This document shows positions 36,871-45,843 of a DNA stretch of 64,000 nt, one piece after another. Numbering within the stretch: position 1 is the first letter of the stretch; each line of letters starts with the position of its first letter. The notes under the pieces are model-generated. The model did no database searches and was not told the origin of the DNA. It was given only the letters and a program-made list of their open reading frames with translations. The stretch covers positions 4,868-68,867 of the forward strand of contig CADEGH010000026.1 of the NCBI GenBank assembly GCA_902826835.1, written 5' to 3'. The translations under genes and the position numbers were made by a program. This DNA is from an uncultured bacterium (lineage in GTDB: Bacteria; Planctomycetota; GCA-002687715).

Positions 36871-38139
36871 TTGCGATACCCAACTTGCTTGCTCGTCACC
36901 GGAATGGTCTTGGCCCTGGGTGGGTCGGTCACGGCCCAAGAGCCGGCGCGCACCACCAACCTCGGAGGCGGGTGCGGAGCTTCGACTCTCGCGCTGCCGT
37001 TCCCGCTCGCGCTCGGACAGAGCGTCAGCCTCAACCTGCAGAGCCCGCACGCGAATGCGCCGGCCATCCTCGGCCTGAGTGGGCCGACCAGCGCGGTGCA
37101 GGCTCTCGGTCCGGGCTGCAACCTCGCCCTCGACCTGGCCTCACTCATCACCGTACCCTTCTTCACCTCGGCAACCGGCGGAGCATCCTTCCCGGTCGCC
37201 ATCCCGAGCAACCCGGCGCTGATCGGCACCGAATTCCAAGCCCAAGCGGTGGTGGTCTCGGGAACCGGCCCGCTCGCCGGCTCGGATCTCACCAACGCGC
37301 TCCGGGCCGAAGTCGGTAATCCAATCTTCGTCCTCGTCGCCAGCGACCGAGTGATCAACCAGAGCATTTCGAGCATCGACGCGGCCGCGGCGCTCCTCGG
37401 GATCAACCCGAGCGTGCTGATCAACGACAATAACCCGGTCACCCAAGGCAATCCTTGGCTGCCCTGGAGCACGGCCGGTGCCGGCACCACGGTCCGACTC
37501 CCTACCGGTGAAGTGAGCTCGCCCGGGTTCGCCGCTCTCACCGGCGCTCTCCCGTTCCCCCTCACCTCGTTTGTCCAGGGCCTCGTTCCCCAAAGCCAGC
37601 TCGATCAAATCCCCGGCGTCATGCCGCTTTCGAATCTCGAGCTCGTCAACCTGATCGGCAAGACCTGTCTCGTCGTCGTCTACGACGGTTCGCTTTCCAT
37701 CAACTATCAGCCCTTGCAGGGCAATCTCCAAGGCGCGCGCAACGGCATTTTCGCCTTCACCGTCCTCGCCGTCGAACCGCCCTCCCTGCCGGAATCCCAG
37801 TCCTCGAACTCGACGATGGACATCGTCGTCCGCATTGAAGCTCCTCTCGATTTCAGTCTCGCGGCCTCCATCCCCGCGCGCAGCAACCCCTCCGACAGCG
37901 TCCAGGTTCAGGCGGCGGAATGGCAGAACGGCCTCCTGACCGTCGTCGCCAACAGCAGCGAAGCCCCGGTTGCTCAGATGTTCATCACCATCGAAGGATT
38001 CAATTACCAAGTGCCCATGACCTTCGATGCCCTGAACAACCAGTACACCTTCACCGCCAGCTCGGCGATTTCCCTGGTCGGACGCCGTGTCGTCGTCAGC
38101 TCGACGCTCGGCGGTTCCTCGAACTTCGAAGTTCAGTGA
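36871..38139 (+). CDS. Secreted hypothetical protein.
   Basis: The signal peptide is (L/M)RYPTCLLVTGMVLALGGSVTAQEP. The likely start is TTG at 36871 or ATG at 36904, both within track ORF 36721..38139. Confidence 0.55.
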   Translation: MRYPTCLLVTGMVLALGGSVTAQEPARTTNLGGGCGASTLALPFPLALGQSVSLNLQSPHANAPAILGLSGPTSAVQALGPGCNLALDLASLITVPFFTSATGGASFPVAIPSNPALIGTEFQAQAVVVSGTGPLAGSDLTNALRAEVGNPIFVLVASDRVINQSISSIDAAAALLGINPSVLINDNNPVTQGNPWLPWSTAGAGTTVRLPTGEVSSPGFAALTGALPFPLTSFVQGLVPQSQLDQIPGVMPLSNLELVNLIGKTCLVVVYDGSLSINYQPLQGNLQGARNGIFAFTVLAVEPPSLPESQSSNSTMDIVVRIEAPLDFSLAASIPARSNPSDSVQVQAAEWQNGLLTVVANSSEAPVAQMFITIEGFNYQVPMTFDALNNQYTFTASSAISLVGRRVVVSSTLGGSSNFEVQ

Positions 38140-38194
38140 CTGACGAGTCCCCCTTCCCGCACTAGCCGGCGGGAGGGGGGACCGTTTTCCGCGC

Positions 38195-41100
38195 TCAGCC
38201 CTGAATGAAGGTCGCGATGTACTGCTTGCTCCAGATGAGCGCGCCACCCGGTGAGAGTTGGCGTTGAACGCGAACCTGAGCGAGCCCGATGGGTAGGGTC
38301 GCGGGTAGGGTCACCTGCAGCCGAGTCGGACTGACCGGCGTGAGACCAGTGGTGACATTCACGACGGTGGAAGCACCTCCGGTCGGACTGCCGTAGCGGA
38401 ACTCCACTGCCACCACCCCATCCAGACGCACGCCGTGGAGCGTGATCGTGGTCGGTGTGCCGTTCGGCTTCACCCGCACCGAGCCGACCCGCGGCCAAAT
38501 CTCGGTAACCCGGGGCTCCGACCCGTGGAGCTGGTCGTTGCGCCAGAAAATGGGCCCGTCATTGAACGCGTCCACCGCGAGATCCAAGTCCCCGTCCCCG
38601 TCGATATCGACGGGCTGGATGTCCGCGGCATCGGCGGCCGTCTTGAAGTAGGGAGTGACGATCGGAGTGACATCTTCGAAGTGGCCGAGCAAGGAAGAGC
38701 CGGGGGCCGGGTAGTCGGCGAGATCGATCACGCCGTCACCGTTCGTGTCCTCCCCCCGATTGCGCAGCACGCGGATGGAGTCTTTGGCCACCAGCCACAC
38801 GAGGTCCAAATCGCCATCGGCGTCGTAGTCGAAGAAGGTCGCGGCTTGGGCATTGTCTACCGTGAGTCCGGGGAACGGATCCGGAGAAGGCGCCGCCGTG
38901 TTGATGACTCCGGACATCGTGGTGAACGGAATCCGCGCCGTCGCGACCTCGGTGAATTTCCTGACCGCCGGCAGCTTGATCTGGTTCAGGAGCAGCCAAG
39001 GCAGGTTGGTGCGCCACGGACCCGCTTGGTGGGTCACGATGACATCGGCATCGCCGTCGTTGTCGATGTCGCCCTGGGCGACAAAGTGCGAGCCCGCGTG
39101 ATCCGTTGTTGCGTCACCCGGCTGGGCCCCCGGAGCATTGTCAAGAATGACGTCCGCCACGGCGCCTTGGTTGGGTAGGAGCGTGGGGTACAGCTTCAGA
39201 GTTCCCACGGGATCGGTACCCGTTCCGTTCAGGAAGAGCAGGTCGCTCAATTGAGCGAGCTCCTGAACGTTCTGCTCCGAAGGAGGCAAGGTGGAACCCA
39301 CGGGGCCGTTGGCGGCCGAAAACGCCGCCCCGATGGTCGTGTAGAGGTCGAGCCTTCCGTTCAGGTCGAAGTCGGCCAACACCGACATTCCGAGCCAACG
39401 GTTCCACAGCGGGGAGAAGCCACCCGTCGACGCATTCATCTGCGCCGCGGCTACGTCGCGGAACCAGGTGCCAGGCAAGGTGCCGGGATCACCGATGACA
39501 TTCTTGAGATAGCGCCAACCCGTGGCCAGCAGCGGAGTCGTCGGGGCGGCGGGGTTGAAGTCGAATGCGGCACCCTGGAAATACGCCGCGTCGAGACGAT
39601 GCAGGAAGTTGCCCGCCGGATGGGTCGGATCCCGTAACCCAAACAACTGAACGATTGCGTCGCGGTCGCCGTCGTTGTCGAGGTCTCCCGAAACCACCCG
39701 ATCCGCCAGTTGCGTATGAGCCGCAAAGAAGGGAAACGCGGAGGGGGCTGGCCCGGCGATGCGGAAGTTAGGGTCGATCTTCTTGTCGATCAGGACCGAA
39801 TTGGGGCCAGGGTTCGTGTAAGGAGGGGGATAGAGCGAAACCGACACCGAGTCGTGGTGAAACTGTGGGCCCGAGCCGTTCACGTTCTCGAGGACGATCG
39901 TGTCGGGAGAGCGGTATCCCAAAACGGGTGGGGTCGAGGGCGAGGTTCCGGTGCCGGAGGCGAGGATCGCATCGAGATCTCCATCGCCGTCGAAGTCGTC
40001 GAAAATTCCGTCTTCCATGACTCGGGGCTTCAATCGACCGCGAGCGTTCGAGGTGAAGTCAGGACTGACCGGACTCGTGAAATCGAGGTGCGGATTCAAG
40101 TGCCCGCTGGACTGGAGCATGTCGCGCACCAAGTAGTTGTACGTGCGCGAGGTTTGCAGCGCGTCCATCGCGCCGTTGCCGGTGTAGTCGGCAAAATCGA
40201 AACCGTAGCCCTTCTCGGTGCCGGGGAGGAGATCATAGGACTGATCGAAGCCGCCCCACGGCGAATTGGCGTCGCCTTGGTTGCCGCGATTCCACGTCAA
40301 CTGCGAGAGGGTGCCGTGATACCGATTGCCGGTCCCGACGAACATCTCGGGGAACGCCGGGGTTCCGGCCGGCTGGTAGAAGTCCGCGACGCAGACGGTG
40401 CGACCCCACGTCGTGGGATACGCCGTTCCGTATTCCAATCCGACCCCGGGGGCGCCCGCCCGATTGGTCAGCACGTGGAAATTGTGGACCGAGACCAACG
40501 ACGGGTCGTGCTTCAGCATGTCCCGATGGTTGACGATCACGAGGTCGAGCCAGCCGTCCGGCAGCCATCGGTCGGGCCCGCTGACTGCGCTCGACGAGAA
40601 GAGGTCGACGAGCAGAACCTGCTGCGTCAGCGGCGAGGTCACGGACCGCTCGAAGTTCGCGTTCGGGAAGAACGCCAACATTTGATCCGAGTAGTTGAGC
40701 GGAGCGGTGGTCGTCGACCGAAAAATCTCGGTCGCGTGATCCTCGACTCCGGCAGTCAAGACGAGACTCGTCGAGACTCCCTCGCTGCCGGCGTTGCCAA
40801 TGACGATTTCCATGGCGCCCGCATGATTCAGGTCCCCGATGGCGACGCTGCGCGAATCGCTGAAGACACCGGGCGCCAGCGGTGCGGCGGTGAAGTGCCC
40901 GGTTCCGTCATTGACGAGATAGTAGTCCTCGGCCTCGATTCCCGGCACGAGACTCGTACCCACCCGCTTCGCCCGATTGGCGACCGCGATGTCGAGGTCG
41001 CCGTCACCATCGATGTCCGCCGTCGCGACTTCGTTGGTGGCGCCATCGGGTTCGGGTTGGCCGTTCGCGAGACTCACCCAACTGCTGCGATCGTCGAATT

Positions 41101-42094
41101 TGCCGGTGATGCGGTTCCAGATGAGCAGCACATTGCGGGCTCCGCCGTAGTTGTCGCCGCATTTGCCGATGTAGAGGTCCATTCGCCCGTCGCCATTGAA
41201 GTCGGCAAAGGCGACGCCCGAGCTGTTGCCCTCCGCGACTCCCACTGGCAACAAATCCCAGCGGTCGGCCCATATTCCCTGGACCGTGTCAAAAACCATG
41301 AGTCGATCCCGCCATGCCTCCTGCACTGCGCTATGGCTGTTGGGTTCGAAGTCCGCGAGGGCGTAGCCCACGCTCGCCGTGATGTAGATGGCGTTCGGCG
41401 CGATCGCCGTGGTGGGCGTATTGGGTTGCAGGGATGCAAAGGGGCCGGGTGTCCCAGTCGCGACCAGCCCCGGCCCGCTCAGAACCCCCGTCCCCGGAAC
41501 CAAGACGACATGGGGCGCGAGGAGTGTGCTCCCGAGCACCCCGAGGGCGGCCCGCGTGGCACTGATGACCTGGTTTGAGAAGCCCAGAGAAGCCACGGGT
41601 GGAGTGGTCTGGTCGTTGATCGGACTATCCATCGCCAGAAAAAAGGTCCCGTCCAGGTACCGGGAGGTCGAGCTCAGGGCCGGATCGACGAGCGCTCGAC
41701 TGTAGTTCACGTTCAGTTGAAGGCCCTTCTTGGAGATGCTGTCCCACCAGAGCTGGCGCCCTCCCACCGGAGCGGCACTTCCCTCCGGCGGCCAGAACTG
41801 AGCGAAATTCAAGCACAACACATCGGGGTGCGCAGGCTGGCCATGGGACGCGTCCACCGTGACAAAGTCATGCGCCAACGTGAAGACCGTGTTGGCATTG
41901 TCTTCGTAGTAGCGATGCCGATCCCAGATCGAACGGCTGGATGCCGGGTCATAGAACCATGGCACCAACTGGGGACTCACCAGAGTCGGAGTGGCCGGAT
42001 TCACCGGCCCGGGCACGGGGACTTGCCCGCCCAGGCTCACCGCCAGGACTCCCGAGTAGGCACACCACAGCAAGAAAGCGGGAATTCTTCGCAC
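38195..42094 (-). CDS. Giant (1299 aa) secreted FG-GAP/VCBS repeat protein.
   Basis: The start is GTG, followed by the signal peptide MRRIPAFLLWCAYSGVLAVSLGG. Many FG-GAP-like calcium-binding repeats are present (FADFNGDGRMDLYIG, ADIDGDGDLDIAVAN, FDDFDGDGDLDAIL, GDLDNDGDRDAIV, ADFDLNGRLDLY, GDIDNDGDADVIV, FDYDADGDLDLV, VDIDGDGDLDLAV). Confidence 0.7.
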   Translation of the reverse strand: MRRIPAFLLWCAYSGVLAVSLGGQVPVPGPVNPATPTLVSPQLVPWFYDPASSRSIWDRHRYYEDNANTVFTLAHDFVTVDASHGQPAHPDVLCLNFAQFWPPEGSAAPVGGRQLWWDSISKKGLQLNVNYSRALVDPALSSTSRYLDGTFFLAMDSPINDQTTPPVASLGFSNQVISATRAALGVLGSTLLAPHVVLVPGTGVLSGPGLVATGTPGPFASLQPNTPTTAIAPNAIYITASVGYALADFEPNSHSAVQEAWRDRLMVFDTVQGIWADRWDLLPVGVAEGNSSGVAFADFNGDGRMDLYIGKCGDNYGGARNVLLIWNRITGKFDDRSSWVSLANGQPEPDGATNEVATADIDGDGDLDIAVANRAKRVGTSLVPGIEAEDYYLVNDGTGHFTAAPLAPGVFSDSRSVAIGDLNHAGAMEIVIGNAGSEGVSTSLVLTAGVEDHATEIFRSTTTAPLNYSDQMLAFFPNANFERSVTSPLTQQVLLVDLFSSSAVSGPDRWLPDGWLDLVIVNHRDMLKHDPSLVSVHNFHVLTNRAGAPGVGLEYGTAYPTTWGRTVCVADFYQPAGTPAFPEMFVGTGNRYHGTLSQLTWNRGNQGDANSPWGGFDQSYDLLPGTEKGYGFDFADYTGNGAMDALQTSRTYNYLVRDMLQSSGHLNPHLDFTSPVSPDFTSNARGRLKPRVMEDGIFDDFDGDGDLDAILASGTGTSPSTPPVLGYRSPDTIVLENVNGSGPQFHHDSVSVSLYPPPYTNPGPNSVLIDKKIDPNFRIAGPAPSAFPFFAAHTQLADRVVSGDLDNDGDRDAIVQLFGLRDPTHPAGNFLHRLDAAYFQGAAFDFNPAAPTTPLLATGWRYLKNVIGDPGTLPGTWFRDVAAAQMNASTGGFSPLWNRWLGMSVLADFDLNGRLDLYTTIGAAFSAANGPVGSTLPPSEQNVQELAQLSDLLFLNGTGTDPVGTLKLYPTLLPNQGAVADVILDNAPGAQPGDATTDHAGSHFVAQGDIDNDGDADVIVTHQAGPWRTNLPWLLLNQIKLPAVRKFTEVATARIPFTTMSGVINTAAPSPDPFPGLTVDNAQAATFFDYDADGDLDLVWLVAKDSIRVLRNRGEDTNGDGVIDLADYPAPGSSLLGHFEDVTPIVTPYFKTAADAADIQPVDIDGDGDLDLAVDAFNDGPIFWRNDQLHGSEPRVTEIWPRVGSVRVKPNGTPTTITLHGVRLDGVVAVEFRYGSPTGGASTVVNVTTGLTPVSPTRLQVTLPATLPIGLAQVRVQRQLSPGGALIWSKQYIATFIQG

Positions 42095-42242
42095 AGTCTT
42101 CTCCTCGATGGAATCGGAGCACCGCGATGCGCAGATCGCCGGCGCGCCTCGGGAGAGGGCGAAAATTCACTGGGTGTGTGTCGGAAAAATCGCCGATTTT
42201 TGTGGAAGCGTGACGATTCGGTCGCTTGCCTCCGCGTTCCGA

Positions 42243-44093
42243 TCACTCCGACGCAGTGGGATCGTGTCGTGTCACTTCCGTGGTCTTGGTGCGCACGACA
42301 CGGCCCGGCTGCCAGCTTTGGGATCGAAGATCCGGCGCCGCCAAGGCCTCACGCCTTCCACCATCGCCGCGGGGAACCAAGCGCTTGGCAGAACCGAGCG
42401 CGCTGAGATTGGTTCGGCCGATACCCTGCGGAAGGCGGGCTCGGCGCTCTCCATTGCCAGGAGAACTCAATCGGCTCGGATTGGTGGACGGATCCGCCTC
42501 CCCGTCAGGGTCGGGGTAGGCGGAATCCACCTTGGGGGCAGCCGGGGCCTGGCTCGCGGCCGCCGCGGCAATGGCCCGCAGATCAACCTCGACTTGGATC
42601 GTGCCGAGGGAACGAGCTCCCTCCGCGATTTTCAGAGTGAGGCCGACACTGGGTTCACTACCGGTCGGGGGGCGAGTGCTGACCGCCACCGCGGCCGGGC
42701 CTTGCTGACTCACTTGAACTCCCACCCGATCGAACGGCAGGGGGCGAGCGGCCCGAGGATCGTCCGGGAACGAAGGGGGAGCCACTACGAGCGTGTCGGC
42801 CCGCTCCGTCGCGGCCCGACGAGCCGCCTCGTAATGACTCAACAGCTCGGGGAGATACTGCGTCAGGCGTTTGACCGAAGCCCCGCGGTCCCTCAGCTTC
42901 TGAGCGAGGTCGGGGTCAGTCACCACTCGAGTGATCTGGCGCGCGAGGTCCTTGGCATTGCCGGGCTCGAAGAGCAGCCCGTCGGTCTCCCCGTCGAGCG
43001 CTTCCCGGACGGCCCCGAGGTCGGAGGCGATCACCGGGAGCCCGGAGAGCAATCCCTCCCGCACCGTGAGGCAGAAGGTCTCCCACCAAAGTGCTGGCAC
43101 TACTAAGAGATCGAGCCCCGCGAGGATATCGCCGACCTCGCTGGGGTCGTAACCACCGTGGAAGTGGATGTTCGGGGCGTTACCGGCAATTTGTCGCAGA
43201 CGATTGCCGTAGGAAGCGTCTTCGTGATGGGCGCTGATCTCCCCGTGAATGTGCAATTCCAAGTCCTCGCCCTCGAGCAGGCGAAACGCCTTGAGCAGAA
43301 TGTGGGCGCCCTTGGTGGGGATGACGGAACCGATGTAACCGATCTTGCGGATGGGGCGCGACTCGCGGGGCCCGCGAGTCAGCCCCTCCTCCGACAGGCC
43401 GTGGGGCAACGAGACCAGACGAGCCGGGTCGATGCGCAGATCGAGCATGCGCTCGCGATGGAACTCGCTCGGCGTGATGAGCCGGTCGCAGAGGCCGAGC
43501 ACGTAGGCCATATGCCGATCCCACTCCGCTAGCGTGGTGGGAGACAAGTCGCCGCGGCGATCCACGATGAGCGGATCCGTCGAGGTCGGTCCAAAGATGT
43601 GCGGCCACATTCCCCCGAGGCACTTCCAGCAGCGGGTGCGATCCACCCGACTGCAAATCTCGAGGTCCCGGGTGATCCGCTGACCACGCGGACACACCGT
43701 CCAGAAGTCGTGCAGGGTGAAGACCAGCGGGAGCTTCCGCAGCTTCACCTCCTCGAGGATCGTCGAACTCAGACCCGTGAGGTGATGCACGTGCACCAAG
43801 TCCGGCTTGAACTCATCCAGCTCGCGCGCAAAAGCCTCGTGGATGCGTCGATTCTTGTACATCCACTCGAAATCGAGGTTGTCGCGCCACGTGTTGTTGA
43901 TGCGGGTGACGCTGACCGGCCCGTCCCATTCGGTCGTCACCTCGTACTCGGGGCGTCCAGGTCGTCCGGTGCGGGCGAAGACACCGACTTGGTGGCCAGC
44001 CGCGGTCAGGGCCTTGGCCACCGCCCGCGCGTGCACTTCCGTGCCCCCGCGCGCCTCGGGGTGCCAAACGTGGATCGGGAAGAGGATGCGCAT
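42243..44093 (-). CDS. GT4-family glycosyltransferase (Glyco_transf_4 plus Glycos_transf_1) with a C-terminal extension of about 190 aa.
   Basis: The true start MRILFPIHVW is the internal ATG at 44093; the track ORF extends to 44993 only as antisense of the divergent gene. Motifs are VHVHHLTGL, LHDFWTVCPRGQR, a four-cysteine cluster (CPRG...CSRV...CWKC) and EXFC-type residues in the C-terminal domain (WWETFCLTVREGLLSGLPVIASD). Confidence 0.8.
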   Translation of the reverse strand: MRILFPIHVWHPEARGGTEVHARAVAKALTAAGHQVGVFARTGRPGRPEYEVTTEWDGPVSVTRINNTWRDNLDFEWMYKNRRIHEAFARELDEFKPDLVHVHHLTGLSSTILEEVKLRKLPLVFTLHDFWTVCPRGQRITRDLEICSRVDRTRCWKCLGGMWPHIFGPTSTDPLIVDRRGDLSPTTLAEWDRHMAYVLGLCDRLITPSEFHRERMLDLRIDPARLVSLPHGLSEEGLTRGPRESRPIRKIGYIGSVIPTKGAHILLKAFRLLEGEDLELHIHGEISAHHEDASYGNRLRQIAGNAPNIHFHGGYDPSEVGDILAGLDLLVVPALWWETFCLTVREGLLSGLPVIASDLGAVREALDGETDGLLFEPGNAKDLARQITRVVTDPDLAQKLRDRGASVKRLTQYLPELLSHYEAARRAATERADTLVVAPPSFPDDPRAARPLPFDRVGVQVSQQGPAAVAVSTRPPTGSEPSVGLTLKIAEGARSLGTIQVEVDLRAIAAAAASQAPAAPKVDSAYPDPDGEADPSTNPSRLSSPGNGERRARLPQGIGRTNLSALGSAKRLVPRGDGGRREALAAPDLRSQSWQPGRVVRTKTTEVTRHDPTASE

Positions 44094-44267
44094 GGGGAGT
44101 GAGTCGGAGTATACGCCGAGCCCGCCGTGCAAACCGACGCGGGGGGAGCTCTTTATGGCCCCGAAGAACCCGGCCGATGCTTGGCGGGCCGGGAGGGTCC
44201 GCGTAGGTTTCGACACTTCGCGCTCCCAAAGTCCACGTCCCCGCCGTGGTTTCGCGGATTCCTGCCC

Positions 44268-45773
44268 ATGCGCATCCTCCACGTCAGCCACGAGCTCCCG
44301 CCCTACGAGCTCGCTGGAACGGCGATCTACACCCACAACATCGCTCGGGCCCAGGCCGAGGACCACGATGTTTTTGTGTTCGCCCGCCTGCAGGATCCCA
44401 AGGTCCCCGCGTACAAGATCCACGACGAACACCGCGAAGGTTTGGCCATCCGGTTCGTGAACCGCGCCGACCTCGAATGGTCGCCCTTCGAGCTTTCCTA
44501 CACCGACCCGAAGATGACCCGGCTCTTTTTGGACTACGTCAACGAGGTCCAGCCCGACGTCATCCACTACCAGCACATCGTGGGGCTCGGACTCGACGTG
44601 CTCGATGTCCCGAAGCAGCGCGGGATCACCGGCGTCTACACCCTGCACGACTTTTGGCCCACCTGCCCGATGGGCCAGCGCATGTGCTACACGGATCACC
44701 AGATCTGCGATCCCATCGACTTCCGCAAGTGCGGTCCCTGCGTGTTCGGAGCGGGTTGGAAAGACCAGGAGTCGAAGGAGGCTGGGGCCCTCGAGGGGCG
44801 CCGGGACACCTCGGAAACCCCGAGCTTCAAGGCGCATTTCCGCCGTCGCTATGCCGAGACTCCGGGGCGTTTCGCCCGCAAGCCCCGGGCGATCCTGCGG
44901 GCCGCCCAACGCTCCCTCGCGGCCCGGCTGGCTCCGAAACCCGAATCGCCGAGCCTTCCTTTCACCTCGAACCCGTTTGAGCATCGCTTTCATCGACTCC
45001 AGGAGAAGCTGCTCGCCCTGGACTTGATGATCACTCCCTCAGCCTTCCTGCGGGACATGTTCCTGAAGGAGTACCACCTCGCGCCGCACCGCGTCGTCCA
45101 CTCCGCCAACGGCATGGACTTCAGTTACGTCAAGGCTCTGCCGAAGGCCGCGTCGCCCCGCGTGCGCATCGGCTTCATGGGCTCGATCATCAAGACCAAG
45201 GGGGTCCACGTCTTGGTCGACGGATTCCTGCGGGCCGCCGAGCGGGCCTCGAACCTCGAACTGCACGTGTTCGGGGCCCCGAATCGATGGAGCGGCGACT
45301 ACCTGAACGAGCTGAAGGCCAAGGCGGCAGCGCACCCCGCCCACGACCGGGTCCAGTTCCACGGCCGCTATGACAACCGGCGCGTGAGCGAGGTTCTCCA
45401 ACGGATCGATGCCCTCGTATTGCCGTCGATTTGGTTCGAAAACGCCCCCCTCACGCTGAATGAAGCGGCGATGTCCAGGACCCCGATCATCGTCTCCGAC
45501 CGCGGCGGAATGCTCGAGTTCGTGAACGCCAACGGCTACGGACTGACCTTCCAACTGGGCGACCCGGAAAGCCTTGCGCGCGTCCTCGTGGACTTGGCCG
45601 CCTCGCCAGATCGCCTGAAGGGCTTGGCCGGCGATCCTCCTCCCATCAAGTCGGTGCGCGCCAACGCCCGGGAACTGGTCGAGATTTACCGCCAGCTCGC
45701 CGCCAAGAACTACGTGGCGCCGACCCTGGAAGAACAAACGAAGACCCGCGGGGGATGCCTCCCCAAAGCCTGA
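44268..45773 (+). CDS. GT4-family glycosyltransferase, paralog of the divergent gene.
   Basis: The start MRILHVSHE is at 44268. Motifs are IHYQHIVGLG, LHDFWPTCPMGQRMC...CGPC, the C-terminal GT1 motif (WFENAPLTLNEAAMSRTPIIVSD), and a Cys-x-Cys cluster. Confidence 0.8.
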   Translation: MRILHVSHELPPYELAGTAIYTHNIARAQAEDHDVFVFARLQDPKVPAYKIHDEHREGLAIRFVNRADLEWSPFELSYTDPKMTRLFLDYVNEVQPDVIHYQHIVGLGLDVLDVPKQRGITGVYTLHDFWPTCPMGQRMCYTDHQICDPIDFRKCGPCVFGAGWKDQESKEAGALEGRRDTSETPSFKAHFRRRYAETPGRFARKPRAILRAAQRSLAARLAPKPESPSLPFTSNPFEHRFHRLQEKLLALDLMITPSAFLRDMFLKEYHLAPHRVVHSANGMDFSYVKALPKAASPRVRIGFMGSIIKTKGVHVLVDGFLRAAERASNLELHVFGAPNRWSGDYLNELKAKAAAHPAHDRVQFHGRYDNRRVSEVLQRIDALVLPSIWFENAPLTLNEAAMSRTPIIVSDRGGMLEFVNANGYGLTFQLGDPESLARVLVDLAASPDRLKGLAGDPPPIKSVRANARELVEIYRQLAAKNYVAPTLEEQTKTRGGCLPKA

Positions 45774-45843
45774 GCTCGCCCCACCCTGACCCGGCGCGCC
45801 TGGCGTGGCAAGATAGCGACCACATGAGGACCAAAGCCCCCCT

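Noticed and set aside
44094-44993. N-terminal 300 aa of track ORF 42243..44993 (minus strand)
   Set aside because: This part is antisense to the divergent GT4 gene at 44268..45773 and has a low-complexity Gly/Arg-rich sequence. The glycosyltransferase fold begins at the internal MRILFPIHVW (ATG at 44093), which matches the N-termini of its paralogs.
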